Shown here one piece after another: positions 51,501-64,000 of a stretch of 64,000 nt of DNA (position 1 is its first letter; each line of letters starts with the position of its first letter). The stretch lies in the NCBI GenBank assembly GCA_051294375.1, contig CM119265.1, positions 18,130,764 to 18,194,763 of the forward strand, given 5' to 3'. Source of the DNA: Paraspadella gotoi. Taxonomy: Eukaryota > Animalia > Chaetognatha. The notes below the pieces were generated by a model, which saw only the letters and a list, made by a program, of their open reading frames with translations, searched no databases and was not told the origin of the DNA. The position numbers and the translations under genes are program-made.

Positions 51501-52385
51501 GACGACCGCACACGGATACGGACGAACATGACGTTGAGACGACGACGGAGACGACGACGACGACGGCACGGACGACGGGCGACAACCCAAGGTGACGCCT
51601 TTTGGATTGGAACTGTGGATTGTTTTTGCCAAGATTCGAAGATGGATATCTTTCCGCGTTCGCAAAGGGAAAGGAGGGGGTGGGGCGACGAGANNNNNNN
51701 NNNNNNNNNNNNNNNNNNCTATGACCAATTGTCATTGACCATAAATATAAATATGAATTTTAATTTATGATAGACTGGTTGATTATCGATTGATCAAAAT
51801 ATTTATTGATAATAAATATATTTTTCAGTTAATTAAAAAAGTATATCATTATTATTCTTTTTTTATATGTCTTTTTAAAATTCGTTCCTTCTTTATTAAT
51901 TTTTAATTTTTTAAAATATTTTTTTTTATTTGGTTTTTTATTCATTTTTTTCATTCATCGGTTATTATTTCATTTGCTTCTTTGTTAATTAAAGAGGGAA
52001 GAAAAGAGAAAGAAAGTAAAATAGAGGGATTATTTATTTTTAGCTAAATTGAATATTATTATTGCATGAAAGGTCAGAAAAAAAGAAAAAGGCAAAGCAA
52101 AGGGGAAAAAAAGGAGAAAAAAGAAAGGGGAAAGAAAAGGGGAAAGTGAAAAGAAAAAGAAAGGAACAGGAGGAGATAAATAAAGGGGAAGAAAGAATAG
52201 AGAGAGATGAGCAATAGAAAAAAAAGGAGAAATAACAAAGGAAAAAAGCAGGGGAAAATTGGAGAAGAGAGGGAGGGGTAAAATATGTAGAAGGGCGAGA
52301 GGAGAATAAGAGAAACAGGAAAAAATATTTTTTTTTTTTTATTTAAGATTTCATACCAAAAAAATGAAAAAAATCACTTTGAAAA

Positions 52386-52486
52386 ATTAACCGATTTAAC
52401 CGTTAAAATGAATGTATTAACGGTTAAGTTAAATTATTTTTAACCGTTAATAACCGTTAACAGATTAACCGTTAATCGGAACACTA
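52386..52486 (-). mobile_element. Probable DNA-transposon (hAT-like) terminus with subterminal repeats
   Basis: Minus strand TAGTGTTCCG followed by repeated TTAACGGTTA in both orientations. Confidence 0.5.
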
Positions 52487-55400
52487 CTACGAAACATCAC
52501 AAGAATCTCAACCGAAATTTAACTCCCCTGTTTAGAGTCCTGGCCGTCATCGTCATCGCCCATCGCGTGCATAGACGTTTCCATCCCTTGGTCGTTGTTT
52601 CTGTCTTCCATATTTGGGCCGATCCTTCCATTTTGTTCCATTTGTCCCTCCTTTCATTCACCGACGATGTTAGGATGCGCGATCTCCGATTCCATCCGTG
52701 ATCCTTAAACTCCTCCGTCAGAAAAGAAGCGCCTGAAACGACTTCCCCACGCTCGAGCGCTCGTCGATGACTGTCAGGGTTGTTGCGATTTTTGGAAACG
52801 TTCTCGAGGGGGCCCGGCATCGAGCCATCTCCGCGATCTAAATTCCTTCGCCTGTCGCATTCCATCTCAGTGACCTTGGTGTAGCTCCGCGTGGGATCGT
52901 GGCCTTTTCGGATTTTAGGGCCTGACGACTCGAGACTCTTCCGTTTTTGAACGACGCGATGCTATTCACGGCTCCGTCGGCCACGGAAATCCGGCGCACC
53001 GATCGGATTTACTCTGATCGACTCGGATTCCACGACGGAACTTTTTCCGTCGACGACGCCGCCAGCTCGTTACGCCCTCGGCGTCCAAGTTGTTGTTGTT
53101 GGCGTGATGTCGAGGACGTCGCGGTGTATCGGTGATAATCGCTCGATTCTCCAGACTCCGAGGATCCTTCGGAGCTTGCGTCTCTTCGATCCAAAAGCGG
53201 TCTCGTTACATCTACTCTAATTGCCGACGATGGCGTTTCGTTTCTTTCGCAATCAGTTTTCTTCGATTCGAACGGGTAAGTGACTAATCTGATCGGATTT
53301 TTTGCTCTTTTTCAACACGTCTAACGCTTCGCTCACAAACGGTTCTTTCTCCGTTTGGTTGCCTCTTATTTTCACGACTACGCTTCTTCCCTCGAGGTGA
53401 CCAACCTCCTTACTTCCATCTGATCACTTCTTTCTCTTTAACTCCTCTGCACGCGTGGCGACTCCATGCGCCTTCTTCCTTCCCGCGCACCTTTTCCGCC
53501 GTCCGTAGATTCCGATTTTCTCGTCCCAAATTCTCCATTTCCGTCGTCTTCATCGACCGATTCCAACGCGCCGTCGTCGTCGTCGTCATCGATGGCGACT
53601 CTCTCCTCGCTCTTCAAATCTCCCTCCTCATCCTCCTCCTCTTCCTCACCCTCCTCACCGCCTCCACGATCTTGCTACCTCGTCGTCGCTGGTGTCGTCG
53701 TCGTCATCGCTCGGCCAAACAGGACGAAGCGATCCTCTGACGGCAGCTTCGTCGCTTTCGTCGAACGTTTCTGGCGTCTTCGTCGTTGTCGTTGTGCGTC
53801 GTCGTCGTCGGAATGTGAGGCGATAAAATTGATTCTGCGGCACCCGTCTCCCATCGGATGTCTCGTTCTCCCTCAACGTTTCGTTCTCCAAGACGCTCGT
53901 TTCCAATAGCCTGTGTCCTTCTTGCCAATTCTTCTTTGGAGAACTGTTTGTCTCTTTCCTCTTCAACTCCCAGTGTTTTCTCGCGAAACATGTCTGCCAT
54001 CGACGCATCCACGCATCTCCGTCGTTGAAATTCTGCTTCTCCATAGATTGAGATACAGATAACTGGGGGATAGTGAACGTCATCCCTCCTCGTTTTTCTC
54101 CATTCAGCTTCTCTCTCTTCTTTTCCATTTCCTTTCTCGCTCCGTCAGCCTCTCCTCTCAATTCTATATTCCTCGGAATTTTCTTTCCTCCTCTTATCAA
54201 TTCTTCATCCTCTCATCCCTCGTACCTCTCCTTCTCTAAATCTCCTTCTTCCCTCAATCTTCCTCTTCTTTACTTCTCTCCCAGCCTCCGATCATCCCTT
54301 TCTTCTCTTTATACTCTCTTCTACTTCTCCATCTCTCCCCCTCCCCTTTTCCCTCTCCTGTCTACCAACTCGACGCCTCCATCTCTTCTTCGACTCCTCG
54401 TCTTTTCTCAACTTCTCCTTCCCCACTCCCTGGTGGGTTTCCCCCAGTGATTGGCCGCGGCAGCGTACGACAACTTCCTCTCGAACATTTCGTCCAACTC
54501 TCGAATCCTGTCGAGCCGTACGACGGACACGTTGCGGCGTCGGTCGTCGTCAACGTTGCAGACGCCGGGTCATTTTTTTTCAGCGCTGTAGCGGGACAAT
54601 CGTGTATCGACGAGCCCCCATTTTGAGACAAGGAGCGCCGATATCGTTCCGGTTGGCGCCGAGGACATTTTTTGTCGGGCTTCTGAGAATACTGATTCGA
54701 AAAGAAATTGTTTTCGATTCTGGATAATCTCGAAAACCCGCCCTCCGCGCTTCGTGGGGGTCCCAAAGATGCGAAGCGGCTCCTTGAAGACGCGAAACAC
54801 GCCTCGGTCTCAAAGCACGACACCGGCCACGTCATTGACTTCCCTGAATGCCATATACGTCGTCGCCATCGCGGTGCCAGTAATCTCGGCGCCGCGAAAA
54901 ACTTCCGGGTCGCGGCATGGGCCCACAACGTAATTGTCAGCAGAACGCTAATCGAAGCCGCGTTAAGGATTCTCCGATGGGCGTCGCTTGCGGACGAAAG
55001 TTTCGGAAGACTTTCAAGCTGGAGATCAATGAGGAGGAGGTTGTCGATTTCGCTTCACGAGTCGAGCGTCGAGATCGTCCGCTCGAGACTCGTCTTGTCT
55101 GTGGCGGAAGAAGATAGTGACAAGGAGGTAAATACAATATTGAAAAAGTTCTCTTTAGCTATGTGTGTTGAATTATTTTGTTACGTTATCTTCTTTTTCG
55201 ATGGAGATGTTCCCCTCCTCTCTTTTCTGTATCCATCTTTTAACTCCTCTAAGAACCTTCCTTTTTTAAACCTTTACGACGACATTCAGTTGAGAGATAA
55301 TGGCATCGGCGGGGGCAAGACAATTTGTTACAAACGACTTAACCGACGTCGCTTTACATCTGACTTCGAGAACGGAAACTTTGAGAAAATAAACAAGAAA

Positions 55401-55632
55401 ATTCGTATTTGGAGTTTCCCTTTTTTGTTTTTATGGTATAAAATATTCTACAAAATTTACATTTGTCCTTATAAGAATAGCACAACGTAACTTACGTAAT
55501 GAGACTTTGAAAAATCTGAAGTAAAAATTACTATAGGCTCAACTTAATAAAGTCAAACACTATTTAGGTCACACATAAGATGAATCCTAATAGATAATAC
55601 AAATTATTTAATTGTATTAAATGAACAAAGTT

Positions 55633-58468
55633 TCACAAGTCGATTCTTTCCTCCTTAAGACGGAAGCGAAGATCGTCTTCCCCTGTTCCTCAGTCTTCGC
55701 AGCTTCTCCATAAATCACAACAACTTGCAACGATTTATAGCCGTCGCTTCGTTGTTGTCACCAGAGGTCGAGCAGAGAAGTCGTAGGTCATCCGGTCGGT
55801 GCTCTAAAATGTTAGCCGTGAAAAGTAAAGTATAGATTCAATTACATATATTAATTGAAATAACAATTAAGAATGACTCGACAGTAATGACGAGAAAAAG
55901 TTTAGAAAATTTATTTTCAGCAACCTGTAAGCCAAGATAAGAAATTATTGAAGGAGCCCGAGGTGTGCATGGCAACGGATTTTGCCCCAAGGAATTCCTT
56001 GCGCCCCAGTCTATGATACTCGACTTGTGCTCACGACGTCCCAAAGGAAAGACGTGTCTTCCGCCAAGGCCGCGAAAGCCGCGTCTGTCGGACCCGTTTC
56101 CCATTCTTCATCGCCTGAAAAACAAAAGAACAGTTGGTTCGGTTTCCGGTCTGCGTCTGAAGCGATCTTTTATCGGTCTCGATCGGAAACTTATTCACTG
56201 GATGTTAGAAGGTGCTGCTTTTTCTTCAAAACGCCTGGTACGCAGTTGACGCTTCACTTCCCGAGCGTGGTCCCCAAAGGTTTCCGGTTGATAGGCAACT
56301 TCGTTTTTTAATGATTAACTGTGATAGAATTTAACAATCTTTGACGAGCCTCAATTACAGTTAAAGAATTTAGCAGATCTCACATCGATTCACGTAGAGA
56401 ACGCGCAGAGAGATCCGATGGGATTATTAGTCGCGGCCGCAATTTCCACTGGGATTACTAGCGCGATCAAATTTAAGTTCCGATATACGATCATCGATTT
56501 TTTAAAGTATCAATGTGAGGATACGTTTATTACCTGTTAAAAGTGGAGTTTTTATTCATTAAATTCCTCTCTTACTTGCAACGCTATAAGTACGCAAACA
56601 GAAAAGTGGCGAGCGTGCGATTCGCTAAACTTCCCACTGTCACCTTTGTTTAAAAAAAAAACAAAGGAAACCATGGAACGGACAAAAAGAGCCATCTTAA
56701 CAATTACCACCACCCCAATCCGGTTCCACCTTTTCCTCCTGTCACGACCCTTCTTCATACTTCTCCAGATTAGCCTCCGCTCTTCGTGGAAAGAAAGTCT
56801 TGCCAGCGGCAAGTCGAGCGAATCGTTGGGACGGCTTCGCTGACGTCAAGACTGGTCGGGTCCGCCGAGCGTCTTTTCGACATTCGATACGCGTTTACCG
56901 TCATTTTTCGAGAAATGGAATCGTGTTCCGGAGAGAAATGATTCTTCGTCCGTCGGACCCTCTGCAAGTTTCAGAGCGAATTTAGTGTTTTTCGACGGTT
57001 CAGTGAATTTGCATGAATTTTCATATTAGTATTAACCTTTAACGGCAAGTACTGGTATTACATCCACACCCTTTATGCGAAATCCTCGTAAAATTCTAAT
57101 ATGTCAGACATCGCGTGCATTCCCTGGGACATTGTAAACAATACATTAAGTGATTAAAGTCTGTTAAATTCAAATTTTAAATTGAAGCAGATGGAATCGT
57201 TGTACGCGGATCTGGCTGTATCCGGACGTCGTGATGACATGGTGTTCATGACAACCGTAGCCATTTGTCAATGTTTTATGAGAGTACAGCTGTCACGAAA
57301 AGAAATTGTTGTCACTATTTTTAATAAATATCAGTCCTTGTATACTGATATGGCTGAGTCATTTATGAGTATTTTCCGATCAATAATTTAACGCCTTGAA
57401 GGGAGTAGTTTTGTCATAAATTGAAACATTTTTTTTGAAATGAAAATTGGAAATTAATTTGTAAACCAATATTATAACTACTTCATTGATAGGGATCCAG
57501 GGTTACTCTGGGAGGTGAATTAACCGAGCTGTGAGAGAAGTCTTGATTGAAAGCTTGCAGGGATGCTGAATGGTCATTGATCGTTGTGAAGAAGTGATGG
57601 ATGCCAAAACCACCAAAGCTCGACCAAATTCAAGTGGCAACATAACTTATTTATTAAATGAATGGATAGACTTTTATATTGTTGTACCAATTCATAACTA
57701 AACAATAAAGATCATCCATTAAATTTAGTCGGAAATCCTTGACTCACCTGTTAAAGCGGACTTAAGGAATCTGTAATCCCACTCTTTTTGGTCGCTCCTC
57801 AACCATTCCCAAAGCTTCTTCCAAATTCCCGGCCACACATTTGAGTGCTTTCCATCCACATTTACATCCACACATTCGTCTAAGCGTTCGTTGTTTTTTC
57901 CGTCTCCTTGTGCCTCGGCCACGCCCACACCGCGATCGATCTAGAGAAGCAGAAGACGTCATCAAAATCTTCGGCGGGAAGCAACGAATTGGGAAGAATG
58001 AAGATCGACGCGATGTGCGGAGGTAGGGCTGTTTGTAAATCGTCGCTCTAAGATCGGTGATCAAATATTTAGATAAAAATAAAATGTAGTAAAAATCTGG
58101 AAATAAAGGAACAATATAAATTTGTTCAAAAAAAAAAGATTAAACCAAGTTTGGCAAATTGTTGAGAAAAAAGCAAAAAAAAGCAACTTTCAACCTGACA
58201 GATTTTTTGAAAAGCGTCACTTTAAATTCGAAATCCGGATTCGTCTCCAAATGAAACAGTGAGTTTATGGGAATCTCACGACCCTTCGGGACTTTTAATA
58301 ATTTCGGTTAACAATAAATGTAAAGATGTATAAGATGAAATTTGAAAAGCCTTGGTGTTACTTACCTTGATCGAGGGAATAGGTAGAAGAAATGTTTTTT
58401 CATAATGTCCCAAAGGACGGTTGAGCCAAGATTTTTATCTTTGGGACCAAATCCCAGCATGAACTCAT
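55633..58468 (-). CDS. Second full-length copy of the acyltransferase gene (many indels: artefact or pseudogene)
   Basis: Colinear with 37831-40566. Confidence 0.6.
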
Positions 58469-59233
58469 GTTTTCGCGGATAAGTATTAAATGATAGAATT
58501 TGTATTTACAATATACACGAAAAAACTGATGGGAAAAATTTTTTAACGAAAATAAAGAATTTTTGGGACAGAAATAATATTCGCGTAGCCAATTCATCTT
58601 TCTTCTTTTATTCACTTACGAATATTAGAGACTTTTTATGAAAGTTTTTGTTTTTTATTTGTATTCATTTCTGTTTTTTTTATTTCTCGATCTGATTTAA
58701 GTTATTCCGTACGTAGGAAACCAAAAGCAAATACTAAAAAAAAAAACCGGGTAAAACTTTAACTTGTTTGGATCTCGAAAAAGCATTCTCAGCTGAAGTT
58801 ATTAGTCAATTCTTGATTTTCACGATAAGGAAAGACTAAGAGAGGTGAACAACTCAGTTCGTGACTTTTTAACGCCAAAATACTGAGAAAATAGTCGCGA
58901 ACAAATTATTAATATATTTCTTGTGACGGGTTACGCTTTTCAGGCAGCATCGACGCTGTTGGAAACAGTGACACAGGATACGACCGACAAAAGACCGACG
59001 AGAAAAAGACGACGTAATGAGGACGACGAAGAAAAGAGGGAAACGTAACCGACGATAACCATTTTAACAATGACGAACAAGGAAACATTAGAAGAAAACA
59101 ACCGACGGGAAATAGCGGAAATCTTTGAGATGCTCTCTCTCGCTCTCTCTCTCTCGCTCCTCTCTCTCTCGCTCTCTCTCTCGTCTTTCCTTCCGCTCCT
59201 CAGATCTCGCTCTCGCTCTTCGCTCCTCGGCTC

Positions 59234-59270
<37 letters not shown>

Positions 59271-59323
59271 TCACTAAGAGACTTACCAACTGCTGAGATC
59301 GAGTATCGTCGCTCAATCCCCAT

Positions 59324-59354
<31 letters not shown>

Positions 59355-60835
59355 CGCCGCCGCCGCCGCATATGACGCCGGTTTCTCTGATGCCGGCACC
59401 AACGTCTTCATTAATGTAATCGAGAGACGCCCTTGAGATTAAATATTGGCTTAGTGAAGTTTATGATTGAAAAGGCAAAACACACAGCAAGCAATCAATC
59501 AATACAGAGCAAACTAGCAAGCTTGCCAGTTGCCACTGGTTTTTTAATCTGTCCTTAAATTTGCTCGCTCCAGCGAACTCCGTGTGATTTCGATATCTTT
59601 TTTTTTTCTTTTTATTTCACGCTCACGCCATTTTACCACGAGATTACGGAGTTGGTTGTACTGATCAGGAGGAGATTGGAACGATAACAGACTTTCCAGC
59701 TGTTACCGATTTTACATCGGAAAATTGAAAAAAACGGGTAGCGAACCCAAAAAAAAGAATACAAAGAGAAACATCGATAACTTTTGTATTTCTCGAGCGC
59801 CGAGAAAGAAAGCCCGGAAAGAAAATGACGGTTAGTGGATGTGAGATAATAGGAAAAAAAAAGGAAAGTATCTGCCGTGAATTGATTACGGATGCTAAAG
59901 AAAAAGTCGATATTTTGGCGAGAATCTAAAGAAGAAAAAAAAAAACTCGTCTCGAGATTAAAGCAAAAAAAAAAAAAAAAAAAGAGATGAAATAGACAAC
60001 AAAAAGAAAGAAAGAAAGAAAAAACTAAAAAAAGAAATCCCCCCCCCCTCAATCGATAGAATTTCGCTGAGAGTAGTAACCTTGGCTGCGTCGTTGACGC
60101 GCGTCATCGTCGTCATCGTCGTCATCATCGTCCCCGCTTCCTTTATCCCCATCTGTGCCCTTCTTCTCTTCGCCACCGACGCTCCTCTCCCCACAGTGAT
60201 CCGCCTCTCTCCCACAGTGATCCGCCTCTCTCCCACACTGAACTTCCACGTCGCGCTCGGCGGAAGGAAGTTCGGATTGAAGGAGAGAGACGCCATTTTT
60301 CGTCGTCGCGCGAATCGCTCTTTTCGTTCGTCGGTTCCTCGTTCCTTCGTTCGTACATTCATCCGTTCTTTCGTTCGTTCGCGCCACGTACGAAGAAAAT
60401 GAGAAACGACGCTTTGTAAAAGACGAGATTAAAGAAAGTTTTTTTTTTTTTGTGATCGTTGAACGCGGAACAATAAGCATAATGATGATATCCTTTTGTT
60501 TCAAAATAAGAAACTTAAACATTAAAAATGAAAAAGGAAAAAATAAAGGAACAAAATTATATAAAATAATAAAAATTTAATGCTTCTTTTGGTGAATCTT
60601 TTTAATCGCATAATTAACCAATGACCATCAATCAATCATCCTCGAAATAATTATTTAATAATTTAAACTTATATACTTTTAAAAAAATGAAATTGGTTTG
60701 CGAGTCACGGGCAGACGCTTCTGAGATCGAGTCGCGATTCAATTCCTAGTCCGGATGTGACGGAGACCCGGATTACAGAAAAGGAGATCCGGGTTTTCGT
60801 AAAATACCGGTGGTTATTAAAATTAAAAGTCAGTA

Positions 60836-61716
60836 CAGATTTGATTGATAGCCAAGACAAATATCTTTCATTTGAGCCCATACCGAGGTTTTTAGGCTAA
60901 ATAATATAGAAGCTGTGCTAAAATTAAAAAAGGATTAAAATTTTGTCTTACAATTTCCTTTTTTTTTTGCATCTTTGTTTTTTTATTTTTTTTGGTTTTT
61001 TAATCATGGAAACTTCAAAACAGCTAAACCCCACAAAGAAAACTGCAATTGTTGAGCTTTGGAAGGCGGGTTTATCAAGATATAAGATCGCCAAACAGTT
61101 TCATTTCTCTCCTACAGATTCTACAGAGTTGTCAACAAATTTGAAGCAACTAGAGATCTTGGACGAGCTGTTGAAAGCATGCGGCCTTGCATGTCCACGG
61201 AGAGCAAGGACAATGACCAGGAAAGTCTCGCAATTCAAGACCGTAAGGCTTTTGCAAACCAGTTGAGAAAAAAATGGAGAGAAGAGCAATTATCACCAGT
61301 CATTTAACAGTGAATCGGCGGCTTTTCATCGAGAATGGAACTCCTGGATACAAAGCCAAAGCCCCCCCAAAAAATTTCATAAGGAAAACAGGATCGAGGT
61401 GCTCGAAGGTTGTCCCGGAAACCTGCAACATCATCGAAAATTTATGGTCATGGATAAAAAAAAGGACATTTTGCAGTACAACGCCATGACAGTCGACCAA
61501 ATTAAGAAAATTTTAAAACACATTTGGGGGAGCTGAACCCTTTATATTTGCCCAGCCTCTACGACTCTCTCCCTCGTCGCATGGAAGCGGTGCCTTCAAG
61601 CAAATGGTAGTCCGACAATGTATTAACTAACTGATACCTAACAAGTATTATTTTCCTTCAAATAACGAAATAAAATGCTTTTATCATAACTATTAGACTT
61701 TTTTGGACCATATCTG
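60836..61716 (+). mobile_element. Duplicate of the Tc1-like relic
   Basis: METSKQLNPTKKTAIVELWKAGLSRYKIAKQF and IENLWSWIKKR in ORFs 60943-61266 and 61274-61489. Confidence 0.85.
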
Positions 61717-62756
61717 TATTGGGATTGAAAGGATAAAAACCAAAAGGGGTTTTCAGTCATCTACGTAAAAATTATGCATTCATTCTTGCCCCTGACTTTT
61801 GACAGGCTTTGGTGGTTTAAGGCCTCCATCACTCTTACAAGATGATAACATAGCAGGACCCTGCAAGCGGGAATATAACTTATTGTAAAACTTCTTCCAG
61901 GTAATAAAAATTGACTTTACTGACCGTTTATTTTCACTGTTCAATTGTAATCTTTGAACGTTTGTTTTTTCCCAAAAATCTAGGAAATACTCGTCACTAG
62001 TAAAACTCAATATAAGTTATCATTTGGATTGGCTCTCTGTATTCCGTTCGCACAACAAATTTCCACTTTTGTTTGACATCAGCGGCTGACGAGCAGTTTG
62101 TTGGAAATCGGACATTCATTCTTTGGTTATCACTGAAAAAAATCCCGAGTGGAAAATAATTAATATTTGATTATGACCTAAAAGCAAAAAAAAAGTAAAC
62201 TCTAACGAGGAGAAAAAATAGGATTGTCAGAATGCAGATCGGAATGTTTAGTTGTTGTTGTTATAAAACTGAAAAAAATTCGACATGACTTTCGATTGGA
62301 ATTCTTTTGACTAGTTCAATCAATTTTTCAATATCCCTTATTGATAGGAGAGCGAGAGAGAGAGAGAGAGAGAGANNNNNNNNNNNNNNNNNNNNNNNNN
62401 NNNNNNNNNNNNNNNNNNNNNNNNNNNNNNNNNNNNNNNNNNNNNNNNNNNNNNNNNNNNNNNNNNNNNNNNNNNNNNNNNNNNNNNNNNNNNNNNNNNN
62501 NNNNNNNNNNNNNNNNNNNNNNNNNNNNNNNNNNNNNNNNNNNNNNNNNNNNNNNNNNNNNNNNNNNNNNNNNGGGGGTTTTTCCTTCGCAACAACAAAA
62601 GCGAATCTGGTTGCACTCTGACGAGAGAGAATTTGTTTGCGCTCGTCAACGATCTGCAACGAAACAGAATTGTCAGTCAGTCACGATGACCATCCTCTCA
62701 CTTTGTTTACATTCTGTCCGGTTTTTTTTATGTTTACGTTGCTTCTGAGAGGCATT

Positions 62757-62787
<31 letters not shown>

Positions 62788-63378
62788 NNNNNNNNNNNNN
62801 NNNNNNNNNNNNNNNNNNNNNNNNNNNNNNNNNNNNNNNNNNNNNNNNNNNNNNNNNNNNNNNNNNNNNNNNNNNNNNNNNNNNNNNNNNNNNNNNNNCC
62901 TCGCGCTTTTTCATCCTTTTTTTAAAACAATCTCTTTTATCTTTCAGTTTCCGAGATTAATAAGGTTCAATTACGCGAAGGTAGATCAAATCGATGCCAT
63001 GAAGCTCAGATAAAATGAGTTGAAGTCGTTATTGTTTTTCTTTACCATTTTGGCATTTAAACTTCAACCCGACTACAAAATTTGTAGATACATCTAAGCA
63101 AAATTTATTATACATCTAGATTCTATATGCCTGAAAAGTACCGACGATTCAATCATTCAAACGCTCTTCATAAGTTTTGTTAAATAATTCAGTACGAAGT
63201 CGCATCTTAATGGCCCTCTTCCCAAAAAAAGGAAAAAAACTCGCTGTCTTTTTTATATCAAATTCCTTTCCTCAAAAATTTTTTGCCATATAAAAGTTTA
63301 TATATAACAAAGAATCACAGACGGTTCCGCACGTTCGCATGGTTTTTTCTCCAAGAAACCATAAAAGCTAAGATTGCG

Positions 63379-63416
<38 letters not shown>

Positions 63417-63962
63417 NNNNNNNNNNNNNNNNNNNNNNNNNNNNNNNNNNNNNNNNNNNNNNNNNNNNNNNNNNNNNNNNNNNNNNNNNNNNNNNNNNNN
63501 NNNNNNNNNNNNNNNNNNNNNNNNNNNNNNNNNNNTCTCTCTCTCTCTTTCTTTCTCTTTTTTTTCCAAGGCCGTGAAACCAACCCGTGACGCTAAGCCA
63601 TCCTATAAAAAATATGATTAGCTTCTGCCTCTTCTTCCTCCGGTCTTTTTCCGCTTTTCACTTAGTTGGAATCCAGTCTTTGATAGATAGTTCCATCGGC
63701 GCGCAGAACATTCAACCTCCTTTTTATCTTTTTTGTTTACATTATCATGGCATTATTTTTACATTACAGTAAAAGGAAAGACTTAAATTGTCTTCATATG
63801 CAGTTTTATTTTGTTTTTATTTCTTTATCTTTTCTATTTTACCTCTCAATTTCTTTTTTGTTTCCTTTTTTTTTCTTCTTTTCCTCTTTCTCCTCATTTC
63901 CCGCACTCAGTCGCCTCTCACTTATTTCCATCGAAAACGGAGCGACGTTTCTTTGGCCGCCG

Positions 63963-64000
<38 letters not shown>

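Larger units (their letters stand above)
52487..64000 (+). repeat. Direct duplicate of ~34688-45960
   Basis: Colinear through the big exon, acyltransferase, Tc1 relic and start of the minisatellite; error-rich at 53.9-58 kb. Confidence 0.95.

Noticed and set aside
51990-52320. Long purine-rich tract
   Set aside because: Aperiodic A/G sequence beside a gap and a copy junction; looks like low-quality read sequence

Overview
Eukaryotic, intron-rich, AT-rich nuclear DNA from an indel-ridden draft assembly with N gaps and many (CT)n/(GA)n microsatellites. Much of the window is one locus in several copies: an inverted pair 11745-15328/16073-19046, a ~9.8 kb inverted pair 19050-28881/28906-38602, and direct copies 8990-11710 (=26730-28880) and 52487-64000 (=34688-45960). 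This may be largely chimeric or haplotype mis-assembly. Recognisable genes are a spliced CoA-dependent acyltransferase (HHxxxD, condensation/AATase/PapA5-like; 37831-40566, minus) and a large low-complexity protein with a C-terminal transmembrane helix. There is also a Tc1 transposase relic, a MITE family and a composite minisatellite. The main finding is a family of short LTR-like elements. It comprises a complete 739-bp TRIM (two ~254-bp LTRs, PBS, 4-bp TSD) and divergent solo units. Each unit has a tRNA-like Pol III A/B-box head followed by a circularly permuted (P5-type) twister ribozyme, supported by compensatory changes across three divergent families. The P1 segment is always a short palindrome, suggesting dimer-dependent cleavage. 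This looks like a twister-based LTR retrozyme system. All assignments were made by eye, with no database search.
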